Both the position numbers and the translations under genes were made by a program. The notes under the pieces were generated by a model, which was given only the letters and a program-made list of their open reading frames with translations, was not told the origin of the DNA and did not search any database. Shown piece after piece: positions 10,704-19,409 of a stretch of DNA of 64,000 nt; the first letter of the stretch is position 1; every line of letters starts with the position of its first letter. Source of the stretch: a virus (lineage: Duplodnaviria > Caudoviricetes); the IMG/VR virus record IMGVR_UViG_3300037424_000485, positions 1 to 64,000 of that record, one strand, 5' to 3'.

Positions 10704-11177
10704 TTATTTAATCAATTCTTTCTCTGTTATTTTTATGAATTTATAACCCATACGAGCACAATATCTTTCAGCTGCTTTCCATTTAGCACTGTTTATAGCC
10801 CATGTCTTATCTTCGTATAACTTGGTTTTTAATGTCTTACTCTTTCTCGGTTTAGGCTGTATAGTTTCCTTATATGGTTTGATCTCTACTAAATATTTTA
10901 TTATATTATTAGGAGATTCTTGTACAGTGATGAGGAAATCAACATGGTATTTACTAGTCATATACAACCCTTTTATATTCCTCTTAAATGGGTGTTTATA
11001 ATATATCACTATATCTTCACTACTCCAAGATAGTATCTTAGGATTATGGTCACAATATCTACAGAATATTTTTTCCCAGCTACTCATCAAACGTATAGGA
11101 TATGTCCCTATATATTTTTTTGTATTGATAGGTATATAATTACCACATTTAGCCTTCTGTTTTTTTACAAAGTTCAT
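10704..11177 (-). CDS. gp4: Head-completion nuclease (T4 gp4-like, TnsA-type PD-(D/E)xK)
   Basis: SSWEKIFCRYCDHNPKILSWSSEDIVIYY...YHVDF...LVEIKPYKET...NSAKWKAAERYC. Confidence 0.88.
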   Translation of the reverse strand: MNFVKKQKAKCGNYIPINTKKYIGTYPIRLMSSWEKIFCRYCDHNPKILSWSSEDIVIYYKHPFKRNIKGLYMTSKYHVDFLITVQESPNNIIKYLVEIKPYKETIQPKPRKSKTLKTKLYEDKTWAINSAKWKAAERYCARMGYKFIKITEKELIK

Positions 11178-11261
11178 ATAATTTTTCTTTTGTTATACTA
11201 CATTTTATATGTCGTTTTGGGTCAAAATTACATTTTATATAAGACATTTAAAGAGTCCCTA

Positions 11262-11651
11262 TTACTCCCAAGTAAGGTCTACCTTTTTCAAATAATCTAT
11301 AAGAGACTTTTTACTTTCTTCATTAAAATTCATCCACTTAGATTTTCCTTTCTCACCAGATACTTGAAATGTAACATGTTTAGTACCAGCGTGCATAAGC
11401 TCTCTTGAATAGTATGAAGAACTCTCTTCTTTCAAGCTCTCTTCTTTCAAGCTCTCATCTTTATCAGCTTCATCGTCACCTTTCCAACCTTTATCAATTG
11501 CATCAAAAAATTCTTTCTTCTTATCGCCTTCTAGCTCATCAGGTGAAGATACCCCAAATTTCTTTAACATTTTCTCAAAGAATGCTTTATATTCTTCTTT
11601 GTCACCATTTTCTTCATCAAGGTATAGGCCGATTTTTTTTAATATGTCCAT
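11262..11651 (-). CDS. Acidic hypothetical protein, possible prohead core protein (likely start MDILKKIGLYLDEE)
   Basis: AAGGA RBS before 11651 removes the overlap with the upstream ORF; LKEE repeats resemble gp21-type cleavage sites. Confidence 0.5.
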   Translation of the reverse strand: MDILKKIGLYLDEENGDKEEYKAFFEKMLKKFGVSSPDELEGDKKKEFFDAIDKGWKGDDEADKDESLKEESLKEESSSYYSRELMHAGTKHVTFQVSGEKGKSKWMNFNEESKKSLIDYLKKVDLTWE

Positions 11652-11673
11652 TTTATTTTCCTTTTTTTGTTGT

Positions 11674-12024
11674 TTATAGTTGAAATCCAAGCTTTCCAGT
11701 AGTCTTTGTATCATACTGTTTCTCTTGAGATTTCATATACTCTTCAGAAGGCCCCATCTCTTTTCCTAATAGACTTGGCCTTCCAACCGATTCCCATTCA
11801 TCTGGATTTTCTTTTTTCCATTTACTAAATGCTCTTATATATTTTATTGATATGATGAACACAAAAATAAAACTATATATCACTATCTTATTTATATTTA
11901 TATTATTTCCATCTATAAAATTATCAAGTTCAAAGTATAATTGTATTATTGGATATAGAATGAATATATCCAATGACTGAGCTTCTAAGAACTTTAATAT
12001 GTAGCTGAAATTTTTGTCTATCAT
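11674..12024 (-). CDS. Hypothetical membrane protein
   Basis: Hydrophobic IVIYSFIFVFIISI segment; first gene after the divergent promoter. Confidence 0.45.
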   Translation of the reverse strand: MIDKNFSYILKFLEAQSLDIFILYPIIQLYFELDNFIDGNNININKIVIYSFIFVFIISIKYIRAFSKWKKENPDEWESVGRPSLLGKEMGPSEEYMKSQEKQYDTKTTGKLGFQL

Positions 12025-12055
12025 ATAGATTCCTTATTATATTTGATTATGTATG

Positions 12056-12069
12056 TATTTATATAAATA
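12056..12069. promoter_or_regulatory. Palindromic back-to-back T4-type late promoters TATTTATATAAATA
   Basis: Perfect 14-bp palindrome containing TATAAATA on both strands at the strand-switch point. Confidence 0.7.
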
Positions 12070-12099
12070 CTATTATATGAATGTCTAGATTAACCAATT

Positions 12100-12339
12100 A
12101 TGGAGATATTTGATGCCATGTTTGATAATAAAATTGGAAAATATATACTGAAGAAGAATGGATATCCAGATATACCAGTGGGTTTGCTACAATATGGTGT
12201 TGATTATCTTAAAGTAAAAGACATAGACAAAAAAAGAGCGACAGTTTTATTGAAAATAATCAATAATGAGATTGATTGTTTTGGTTTAGATAAAGAAAGA
12301 GCATATAAAGCAATAGGTATAAAAAATGAAAAATATTGA
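12100..12339 (+). CDS. Hypothetical protein
   Basis: 79-aa ORF after late promoter. Confidence 0.5.
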   Translation: MEIFDAMFDNKIGKYILKKNGYPDIPVGLLQYGVDYLKVKDIDKKRATVLLKIINNEIDCFGLDKERAYKAIGIKNEKY

Positions 12340-12460
12340 TGAAACAGTAGAGAAATATGGTTATGTTGTAGAAGACACCAGTAAGTTTAAAGTTGGTGAT
12401 ATGGTTAACTTCCATAATGATTTAAAAAAGCTGCAACATGGAAAGCACAAAATCCAATAA
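12326..12460 (+). CDS. Small hypothetical protein MKNIDETVEKYGYVVE... (44 aa, not in ORF track)
   Basis: Translated by eye; fills the gap between neighbours. Confidence 0.4.
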   Translation: MKNIDETVEKYGYVVEDTSKFKVGDMVNFHNDLKKLQHGKHKIQ

Positions 12461-12473
12461 ACAGGAGTAAATA

Positions 12474-12833
12474 ATGACCAGACTTACTATATTTCTGAAG
12501 GATGACGCAACAGTGGTAGGAGATATATCAACAAATACAGCTGGTGCTAGTGGTGATACCTCACAGACTACCAATAAGAAAAAAAAGAAATCTAATCTGA
12601 TGTCAAGATTGATAGCAGAAAACGTAATAAAATTTAGTATTTCACATGAGAATGGAGTAGAAAGACTAAACAAGCTCCAAGACAAATATCCAGATGCTGT
12701 ATTTACATATAGCCTTACCCATGATATAACTGGTGATGTTAGCGGTAATGGGGTTATAGAAGTCTCAGATGTATGGTATAATGACATTAAAGCGATCATA
12801 AAAGATTATAAATGGCTAGACTTATCCGACTAG
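12474..12833 (+). CDS. Hypothetical protein
   Basis: 119-aa ORF with GGAG RBS. Confidence 0.55.
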   Translation: MTRLTIFLKDDATVVGDISTNTAGASGDTSQTTNKKKKKSNLMSRLIAENVIKFSISHENGVERLNKLQDKYPDAVFTYSLTHDITGDVSGNGVIEVSDVWYNDIKAIIKDYKWLDLSD

Positions 12834-13043
12834 TTGAAATACAAAAAGGTTTACAATTATATGAAAAGATGGAAGAGGTGTATCTTCAAGATAATAAACC
12901 TTCGAGAGGATTGGTTTGTGTGTATCGTACTATTATTTATCTATGCCGTAATATCTGCCATTATGGTATATACTATTGTAATGTTATCTATACCATACGT
13001 TCATCCTGTATTGTGGGGTAAAAATATATTTAATTTATTTTAA
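12834..13043 (+). CDS. Small membrane protein
   Basis: Hydrophobic central segment. Confidence 0.4.
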   Translation: MKYKKVYNYMKRWKRCIFKIINLREDWFVCIVLLFIYAVISAIMVYTIVMLSIPYVHPVLWGKNIFNLF

Positions 13044-13051
13044 ATAATATA

Positions 13052-13080
13052 TTTACAACATATTATAATTATGGTAGGAT
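13052..13080 (+). promoter_or_regulatory. Sigma70-type promoter TTTACA-17-TAGGAT driving the RNAs and Ro60 gene
   Basis: Direct sequence match with 17-bp spacer. Confidence 0.6.
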
Positions 13081-13098
13081 GTGAATATGATTATGTAT

Positions 13099-13140
13099 GG
13101 CGTAGTTAAGAGATACTTCAAAAAACATCTCTCTTAACGA
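13099..13140 (+). ncRNA. Candidate Ro60-associated RNA element 1 (CGTAG-stem-TACTTC)
   Basis: GTTAAGAGA (13105-13113) pairs with TCTCTTAAC (13130-13138); flanking motifs shared with element 2. Confidence 0.5.
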
Positions 13141-13228
13141 TTGTTCCTATATACTCACTTACACATGCTGTGATATTGTATAAAAATATATTGTATAAAA
13201 ATAAAAATAAAAATAAACTTAAATAAAG

Positions 13229-13354
13229 TACCGTAGAAAATGGATACTTCATACAAAACCTTGATTTATAGCTCTGATATTAGAAATCTTGCGCTTTCTA
13301 ATATTACCTATATAATTTGGTAGTAAAATACCCGATTTTATACCCCCATTTTTG
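13229..13354 (+). ncRNA. Candidate Ro60-associated multi-arm RNA element 2 (Y-RNA-like architecture)
   Basis: AAAATGG (13237-13243)/CCATTTT (13346-13352) closing stem; inner hairpins 13277-13304, 13305-13322, 13324-13340; same CGTAG and ATACTTC motifs. Confidence 0.55.
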
Positions 13355-13405
13355 AATGTTGTCTTTATTAATTTGTAAAATTCTATCCAAGGGAGGATAT
13401 GACGT

Positions 13406-14938
13406 ATGAGTAAATTCACAACCAGCACTGTAGGTGCAGACAAAACCGTAAACCATGAGGGCGCACCAGCCTATAAAATGACTCCTGAATTGGAGCTTTA
13501 TAGCTTGGTTTGCACCACAACACTATCAAACACATTCTATACAACATCAAATGACACCGTGACCAGAATTAGATCGTTGATCAAACAGGTATCACCTGAG
13601 TTTGTTGCTAAACTTGCTGTATATGCCAGAGAAAGCATGTATCTGCGATCAATCCCTCTTGTCCTTGTTGTGGAGCTTGCAATGGCATCAACCCCTCAAT
13701 ATAAAGAGGGTCTTGTTAGCAAAACTACAGAGCGTGTGATTCAGAGAGCTGATGAAATTACTGAGATTCTTGGTTACTATGCTATGGCCAATGGTCGTAC
13801 AGGAAGTAAGAAGCTAGGTAAGTTATCAAATCAATTGAAGAAAGGTATTGCTGAATCATTTCATAAATTCGATGAATATGCCTTTGGAAAATATAATCGC
13901 AAGACTGATGTTCGTCTTAGAGATGCCCTATTTCTTACACATCCTAAACCATTGGATGATATAGAAAAAGAGCTGTTCCGTAAGATCGCTCAAGATGAAT
14001 TGGCCACTCCTGAGACATGGGAAGTTAAAATGTCTGAAGCTGGAAAGGCTGATACAGAAGGGACTACCAAGAAACAAGTATGGGAAGACATGATCGACTC
14101 AGATAAGTTTGGATATATGGCATGTATTAGAAACTTGAAAAATATTCTCGAATCTGAAGTTTCATCGGGACATATTGATAAGGTATGTTCACAGATAAGT
14201 GATCGTGATAATGTTCTTAGAAGCAAGCAGTTTCCTTTCAGGTTTCTATCAGCTTATCGCATGCTTGTTAGCAGTAAACCAAGCTTTGATACTGGTAGGG
14301 TGTTGGAAGCACTTGAATTGGCAATGATTCATTCTGCTGAAAATATCCCTATGTTTGATGGTGAGAACGTTAAAATTGCATCTGATGTATCTGGATCAAT
14401 GTGTTCACCTATCTCAGATAAATCAACTGTTCAAATGTATGATGTTGGTATTGTTCTTTCTATGTTGCTACAACATAAATGTAAGAGAGTAGTTACGGGT
14501 ATTTTTGGTACAAGCTATCTGGAACAAACCCTTCCAAAGAATAACATTTTAGCAAATTCCATGAAAATGGGTTCTTTATCTAGTAAGGTTGGCTGGGCCA
14601 CTAATGGTCATCTTATTATTGAAGATGCTATCAAAAAGAAACAAGATCTTGACCGTATCATGATTTTTACCGATATGCAGATTTGGGATAATAATAGGAT
14701 TTCTTATAATCATAATAGTGTACCCTCTATACAGAATTTATGGGTTACATATAAAAAAATGAATCCAAAATGTAAGCTAATCATTTTTGATCTTGCTGGT
14801 TATGGTACAAGTCCATTATCATTAAGAGATAATGATGTATTTTTGATTGCTGGATTCTCTGATAAAGTATTCACTATGCTTGATAGTATAGAAAAAGGTA
14901 GTGATGTATTAGATGTAATCAATAATATCATCATCTGA
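13406..14938 (+). CDS. rsr: Ro60/TROVE-domain RNA-binding protein with C-terminal vWA
   Basis: NHEGAPAY...ELYSLV, YARESMYLRSIP, TPETWEV, MACIRNL, PFRFLSAY, vWA IASDVSGSM and IMIFTDMQ. Confidence 0.92.
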   Translation: MSKFTTSTVGADKTVNHEGAPAYKMTPELELYSLVCTTTLSNTFYTTSNDTVTRIRSLIKQVSPEFVAKLAVYARESMYLRSIPLVLVVELAMASTPQYKEGLVSKTTERVIQRADEITEILGYYAMANGRTGSKKLGKLSNQLKKGIAESFHKFDEYAFGKYNRKTDVRLRDALFLTHPKPLDDIEKELFRKIAQDELATPETWEVKMSEAGKADTEGTTKKQVWEDMIDSDKFGYMACIRNLKNILESEVSSGHIDKVCSQISDRDNVLRSKQFPFRFLSAYRMLVSSKPSFDTGRVLEALELAMIHSAENIPMFDGENVKIASDVSGSMCSPISDKSTVQMYDVGIVLSMLLQHKCKRVVTGIFGTSYLEQTLPKNNILANSMKMGSLSSKVGWATNGHLIIEDAIKKKQDLDRIMIFTDMQIWDNNRISYNHNSVPSIQNLWVTYKKMNPKCKLIIFDLAGYGTSPLSLRDNDVFLIAGFSDKVFTMLDSIEKGSDVLDVINNIII

Positions 14939-15047
14939 GGGAGATTGTCATGGAAGAATTAAAAATTTATCCATTTTGTGGTTATAATGCTGACCATGTT
15001 GATCTATCGTATTAATCATATGCTATTATTTGCATGGAGGTGGTATA

Positions 15048-15251
15048 ATGTTTGAATGTTTAAAACACGGGTCTGACGCTAACGGTCATTCCACTACACA
15101 AAACGGACTTGATTTGATCGTTGGCGCGTTACGAGAACTTGTAGAAACATACGAGGCCGCACCGGATGGAACTCTTGGGTGTGGCTTGACGAATGGCCCC
15201 TTTATCAGAGGGAGAAAGGCACTTAACTATTTTGATAACATAGACGATTGA
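15048..15251 (+). CDS. Small hypothetical protein
   Basis: GGAGG RBS before ATG 15048; higher GC than flanks. Confidence 0.45.
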   Translation: MFECLKHGSDANGHSTTQNGLDLIVGALRELVETYEAAPDGTLGCGLTNGPFIRGRKALNYFDNIDD

Positions 15252-15357
15252 TGGGAACATAACGTTTTAATAACTTACCAGCGTTTAGTGTCTGGTTAAT
15301 TTTTACATTATTTTAGTTATATGTTGATCTTTCTTGATTGTATTGTGAGGAATTATT

Positions 15358-15519
15358 GTGTCTATATCGGGTGATAAGCTTCAAATACACATGGCAGCCA
15401 TTGGGTGTGTGAATGGAACACTGCGAGAATGGCCCTTGTTGCGCTATGCATTGGCCAGACTTGGACACGATCTACACCTAGACACACCAGCATATGAATT
15501 AAAAAACTATGCCTGTTAA
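15358..15519 (+). CDS. Small hypothetical protein (GTG start, 53 aa, not in ORF track)
   Basis: GAGG RBS; open frame VSISGDKLQIHMAAIG...YAC. Confidence 0.35.
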   Translation: MSISGDKLQIHMAAIGCVNGTLREWPLLRYALARLGHDLHLDTPAYELKNYAC

Positions 15520-15802
15520 TACAAGATCAAGATAATAAAGCCGCATAATGAACAAACAAAAGTCTTTCAGGCTGACACTCCCAACGGAAAGTTAATGATA
15601 TGAGCTATTTTCCCAAATTCTTTCTACTAGGCTTTCTAACCAATTCGATATTGACGAGATTGGAGGGTATGAGGCCAATGTCAGATTTCATTTTTCCAGT
15701 ATCTATTTCTTGTCTAGTTTTGATTTTGATAGCGGCAAATATAGTTATGAAAAACGATTTAGGACTATCAGATAAGCCAAAAACGCTGATCCCGGTGTCT
15801 GT

Positions 15803-16057
15803 GTGGAGATCCTTATTATGATAAGATTTGTCGTTTCTGAAATTGCAGAGATAACGTATTTGTGGGGCGAGAAGATCAAGAACCGCCCTGTGAACATTGG
15901 CCTTTGCACAAGCATCACGAAGAGCCGCGAGAACTGGTACCCAGATAACGTAGGAAAGCCATCTATGATTTTCAAAGGATGTAATGCCCAATGGGTTTTT
16001 GATAATGAACAAGACCGTGATAAAGAATATGAGCGCATATTGTCGTTGTTTCCATAG
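15803..16057 (+). CDS. Small hypothetical protein (start possibly 15818)
   Basis: Co-oriented ORF with GGAGA RBS. Confidence 0.45.
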   Translation: MEILIMIRFVVSEIAEITYLWGEKIKNRPVNIGLCTSITKSRENWYPDNVGKPSMIFKGCNAQWVFDNEQDRDKEYERILSLFP

Positions 16058-16206
16058 TCTGTCATCCTTGAGCTTAACGTTAGATTTCGAACTAAATAAT
16101 TATTTTTGCTTATTTCTTATTTCTTATTTTTTGTGTTGACAAGTATCATGTTATGTTATATTTATAAGAGAGGGAATAACCCCAACCAAACAACCGAGGA
16201 CAAGAC

Positions 16207-16398
16207 ATGAAACTCACCATCGGACAAGAAAGGGCGATTAAAGCACTGAAAGAAGCCGCTGATAGATATGGATATGATAAAAAAATACAAACACCACACG
16301 GTGTACAGGTTAGAACACTTCATGCCCTGGTCAAAACGGTGCTTTTTACAGCTAACGCAAAGGTAACTTGCAGCCGTATTAAAATTATAAGAGGTTGA
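16207..16398 (+). CDS. Small hypothetical protein
   Basis: GAGGA RBS; TTGACA element at 16136. Confidence 0.5.
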   Translation: MKLTIGQERAIKALKEAADRYGYDKKIQTPHGVQVRTLHALVKTVLFTANAKVTCSRIKIIRG

Positions 16399-16399
16399 T

Positions 16400-16603
16400 A
16401 TGACAACAGTAATCTATATTTTTGCCGGTGTTTTATGGGGTTGTTTCGCCGGTTTTATGCAAAACAAAATCCACCGCGAAGCTGGATTGTTAAAAATGGT
16501 ACTAGTGATTTTAACGAATACTTTTCTATGGCCTGTCTGCATGGCCCTGGCTGTTTTTAATCTTGCGAGTGGTAGACATGACAAATATTTTATTGACACT
16601 TAA
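16400..16603 (+). CDS. Small membrane protein ending inside an attC-like inverse core site
   Basis: Two hydrophobic segments; stop TAA lies within ACTTAAC. Confidence 0.55.
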   Translation: MTTVIYIFAGVLWGCFAGFMQNKIHREAGLLKMVLVILTNTFLWPVCMALAVFNLASGRHDKYFIDT

Positions 16604-16676
16604 CGGCGAACTAAGCCGCCACTGAACTGACCTAAAAGCGCATACTGTAGTCTGGTCAGCTTTTCATCTATTAAGT
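16598..16676 (+). mobile_element. Degenerate integron attC-like site
   Basis: ACTTAAC (16598-16604) ... ATTAAGT (16670-16676, 6/7 complementary); inner AAGC/GCTT and CTGACC/GGTCAG pairs; 79 nt. Confidence 0.4.
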
Positions 16677-16696
16677 ATAATATAATATAGTAGTGT

Positions 16697-16730
16697 AAAA
16701 CCCCGTTCCTTAATTGGAATGGGGTTTTTT
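16697..16730 (+). terminator. Rho-independent terminator
   Basis: AAAACCCCGTTCC/GGAATGGGGTTTT stem followed by a T-run. Confidence 0.8.
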
Positions 16731-16741
16731 ATTGCACTTTA

Positions 16742-16749
16742 TATAAATA
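16742..16749 (+). promoter_or_regulatory. T4-type late promoter for the lysis cassette and internal-protein array
   Basis: TATAAATA directly after the terminator and before the operon. Confidence 0.7.
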
Positions 16750-16782
16750 CAATTGACTAATCCTATACAAGGAGGAAATATT

Positions 16783-17067
16783 ATGTCAATTGAAAAGAAA
16801 AAGATTTTTAGTTTTGAGTATGTACGTGAAGTGGTGATGAAAATTATTGATAATCTAATATCTGCCAAGGTCTGGATTATCGTGGGGGTATTCTCTATGT
16901 CTGCTAAGATGGTATATGATGGTATGATAACAGGTGGTGATTTTGTAGGTCTTAATACCGTCCTTATAGCCACAGTTGTAGCTATGCGTGAAGTTTGGAA
17001 GACAGAGAAAGTAAGAGCATTATCAACCAGCAATGAAACTGATAAAATAAATGACATGAAGGCATAA
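16783..17067 (+). CDS. Probable holin (2 TM)
   Basis: GGAGG RBS; hydrophobic VWIIVGVFSM and FVGLNTVLIATVVA; first gene of the lysis cluster. Confidence 0.5.
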   Translation: MSIEKKKIFSFEYVREVVMKIIDNLISAKVWIIVGVFSMSAKMVYDGMITGGDFVGLNTVLIATVVAMREVWKTEKVRALSTSNETDKINDMKA

Positions 17068-17069
17068 AT

Positions 17070-17417
17070 ATGTTTGAATCAATAGGTAATTATGGAGTTA
17101 TTGGAGGAGGATTAATAGCCTTTGGTATCTTCTTATATACATGGTTTTTTGGGAAAAGCGGTAGAACTGCAAAGTTTGACCTTAAAAAGATAATGGATAA
17201 GGTACAAAAAGACTCAGAAGATAAAATTGAGTCTATAAGTCACGAACACTCTCAAATAGAAGTTAAACTGAAGAATAAGGAAAAGCTTGCAGTGGAGAGA
17301 CAGATAGCCATTCGCAAAATTGCTGATAATGCCGCTGTTCAGGTTGAAGCTATAATGAAAGAAAAAGATCTTTCAAAATTAACGGGTCAATATAATAGTG
17401 ATTTAGAGGACTTGTAA
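17070..17417 (+). CDS. i-spanin-like protein (N-terminal TM, coiled coil)
   Basis: GVIGGGLIAFGIFLYTWFF anchor then charged helical domain. Confidence 0.5.
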   Translation: MFESIGNYGVIGGGLIAFGIFLYTWFFGKSGRTAKFDLKKIMDKVQKDSEDKIESISHEHSQIEVKLKNKEKLAVERQIAIRKIADNAAVQVEAIMKEKDLSKLTGQYNSDLEDL

Positions 17418-17941
17418 TGAAACGTATATTGTTGATATTGTTATGCTTATCATGTATGGCATGTGCTCCAAAAGAATTTATACCAAGATCAGATGCATTA
17501 GATTTAAAATGGGATAGAACCCCCTCCTATAACAACCAAGAAGATATACAGAGAATAAAAGATATAGGACAGGTTGCATTCTCTCCTAAATATGTGTTAG
17601 AAAACAACACAGAGACAACACCATCAGAGGCCACTCATATAATTTTAACTCGTAAGGAATGGTATGGCATTGGCGTTATTGTCGAAAAAGCAAAGGCATA
17701 TAAAGAACTGGCAGAGCAAGAGGAATCCCTTATAAATACTCATATAGATATTATAAACAGCCAGAAAGAATATATCGAACTGGAAAGACGTAAAAGTATA
17801 GAGTATAGAGATCTATATATGATTTCAGAAAATTCTTTTCGTCAGGAAGAATATAGACATAAACAAGATAATCTAATAAACAAAATTGGTCATTATATTA
17901 TTGTTATCGGTGGTATTGCTTTAGGTATATCAAGTTTATAA
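17417..17941 (+). CDS. Lipoprotein, spanin-like, with additional C-terminal hydrophobic tail
   Basis: MKRILLILLCLSCMAC lipoprotein-like signal; C-terminal YIIVIGGIALGISSL. Confidence 0.5.
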   Translation: MKRILLILLCLSCMACAPKEFIPRSDALDLKWDRTPSYNNQEDIQRIKDIGQVAFSPKYVLENNTETTPSEATHIILTRKEWYGIGVIVEKAKAYKELAEQEESLINTHIDIINSQKEYIELERRKSIEYRDLYMISENSFRQEEYRHKQDNLINKIGHYIIVIGGIALGISSL

Positions 17942-17950
17942 GGAATTATT

Positions 17951-18460
17951 ATGAAAGTATTATCAGATTATATAAAATTAGACAATGGAAAATATAGCAA
18001 TTTTACTTATGGAGAATTTGTCAAGAGTGATACCGCTCTAAGATTAGGTATTAACAACACTCCAAATCAAGACCAATGGAAAAATATAGAGCTATTGGTT
18101 AGAAATATTCTTCAGCCTGTTAGGGATAGGTTCGGCCCAATTAGAATTACCAGTGGATATAGAAGTGTTGCATTGTGTATTGCGGTGGGATCATCAAGCA
18201 CCAGCAATCATACCAGAGGTCAAGCAGCTGATATAGAGCCTTACGATAACAACATCAAATTGATAGATATTATCACATTTATCGATGATGAGCTTGAGTA
18301 TAGAGAATTGATATTAGAGTTCTCACCAGATGGATGGTGTCATGTTGCCTATAGAGAAGGTGGTAATAATCGTCAATTAAAACTAAAAGATAAAAATCAT
18401 GATTATGATAAGATAGATTTAGACTATCTTCAAAGCATTTATAAACCATCTATTGTTTAG
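17951..18460 (+). CDS. Endolysin, peptidase M15A family
   Basis: ITSGYRS...SNHTRGQAADI...WCHV zinc-peptidase motifs. Confidence 0.85.
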   Translation: MKVLSDYIKLDNGKYSNFTYGEFVKSDTALRLGINNTPNQDQWKNIELLVRNILQPVRDRFGPIRITSGYRSVALCIAVGSSSTSNHTRGQAADIEPYDNNIKLIDIITFIDDELEYRELILEFSPDGWCHVAYREGGNNRQLKLKDKNHDYDKIDLDYLQSIYKPSIV

Positions 18461-18522
18461 AAATGTATACTTTAATAGTTATTAACCATAATAAAGTACA
18501 TAATAATAGACATTAATAACTT

Positions 18523-19152
18523 ATGAAACTACAACAATACCTTACAGAGGTAATGAATATCAAGAATTGGATTGAGTTGAGAGACATACTTGATAAAGAT
18601 TGTCAACCATTCATCAAAGAGTTAAAAGGTGCTAAAACTCTTCTATATAGGGGTGTAAAGGCATCTCCTGGCTTCTATGAGAAGAAAGTAACTAGAACAG
18701 ATAGGAAGCCAAGGTTATTAGATCAATCATTACACCAGAGGCTTAGTGATGCATCTAAAGAGATGTTTGGGTGGAACATTAGAGAAGAGGGTGTGTTTGC
18801 AACAAATAATGAAAGAGATGCAGATATTTGGGGCAAACCGGCAATCATATTTCCAGTAGGCAAGATAGAATATGTATGGGAGTGGAATGTCGAAGAACTA
18901 TATAACAATTATGATAAGGGATATGGATCAGGCGGGGGAGAATGGGAAGAAAGAACGTTCAAATCTCATATCATCCCAGAAATAAAGAAATATAAAACAA
19001 AGGATCTCCATATATATCTAAACTATAAATCACCAAGACAGTCTGAATGTATTGTAAAATGTCAGTCTTATTATGTTATTAATGTAGAATGGAAAGAAAC
19101 CCTGATCGGATGGTACGGTACTAAGAAATACGATAAGAGGTATACAGATTGA
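18523..19152 (+). CDS. Capsid-targeted internal protein, ART-like paralogue 1
   Basis: MKLQQYLTE; LLYRG, FATN, QSECIV. Confidence 0.6.
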   Translation: MKLQQYLTEVMNIKNWIELRDILDKDCQPFIKELKGAKTLLYRGVKASPGFYEKKVTRTDRKPRLLDQSLHQRLSDASKEMFGWNIREEGVFATNNERDADIWGKPAIIFPVGKIEYVWEWNVEELYNNYDKGYGSGGGEWEERTFKSHIIPEIKKYKTKDLHIYLNYKSPRQSECIVKCQSYYVINVEWKETLIGWYGTKKYDKRYTD

Positions 19153-19409
19153 AATTTAAACAATATATATTTGAAGTTATATTAAAGAAGGGCGAATTAT
19201 CAAAGTATAAGGATATACATGGTGTGGAAGTCACTATATTTAAAGAAGGTGGTGGCTATTATGTTGATACGAATAGTTATGATTTTGATTTTAGTGCTAA
19301 AAATATGCATGACCTCATAATTATATTAAAAGGTAGAGGATTCACAAAATATGTTGCGGGGAAAGATTTAAAATTATTAAACTACAAAAATACCTTAAAG
19401 AAGATATAG
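19149..19409 (+). CDS. Small capsid-targeted internal protein (TTG start)
   Basis: (M)KFKQYIFE N-terminus. Confidence 0.55.
   Translation: MKFKQYIFEVILKKGELSKYKDIHGVEVTIFKEGGGYYVDTNSYDFDFSAKNMHDLIIILKGRGFTKYVAGKDLKLLNYKNTLKKI

Noticed and set aside
14950-15015. MEELKIYPFCG mini-ORF
   Set aside because: Only 21 codons; at most a Lar-like relic, too short to support
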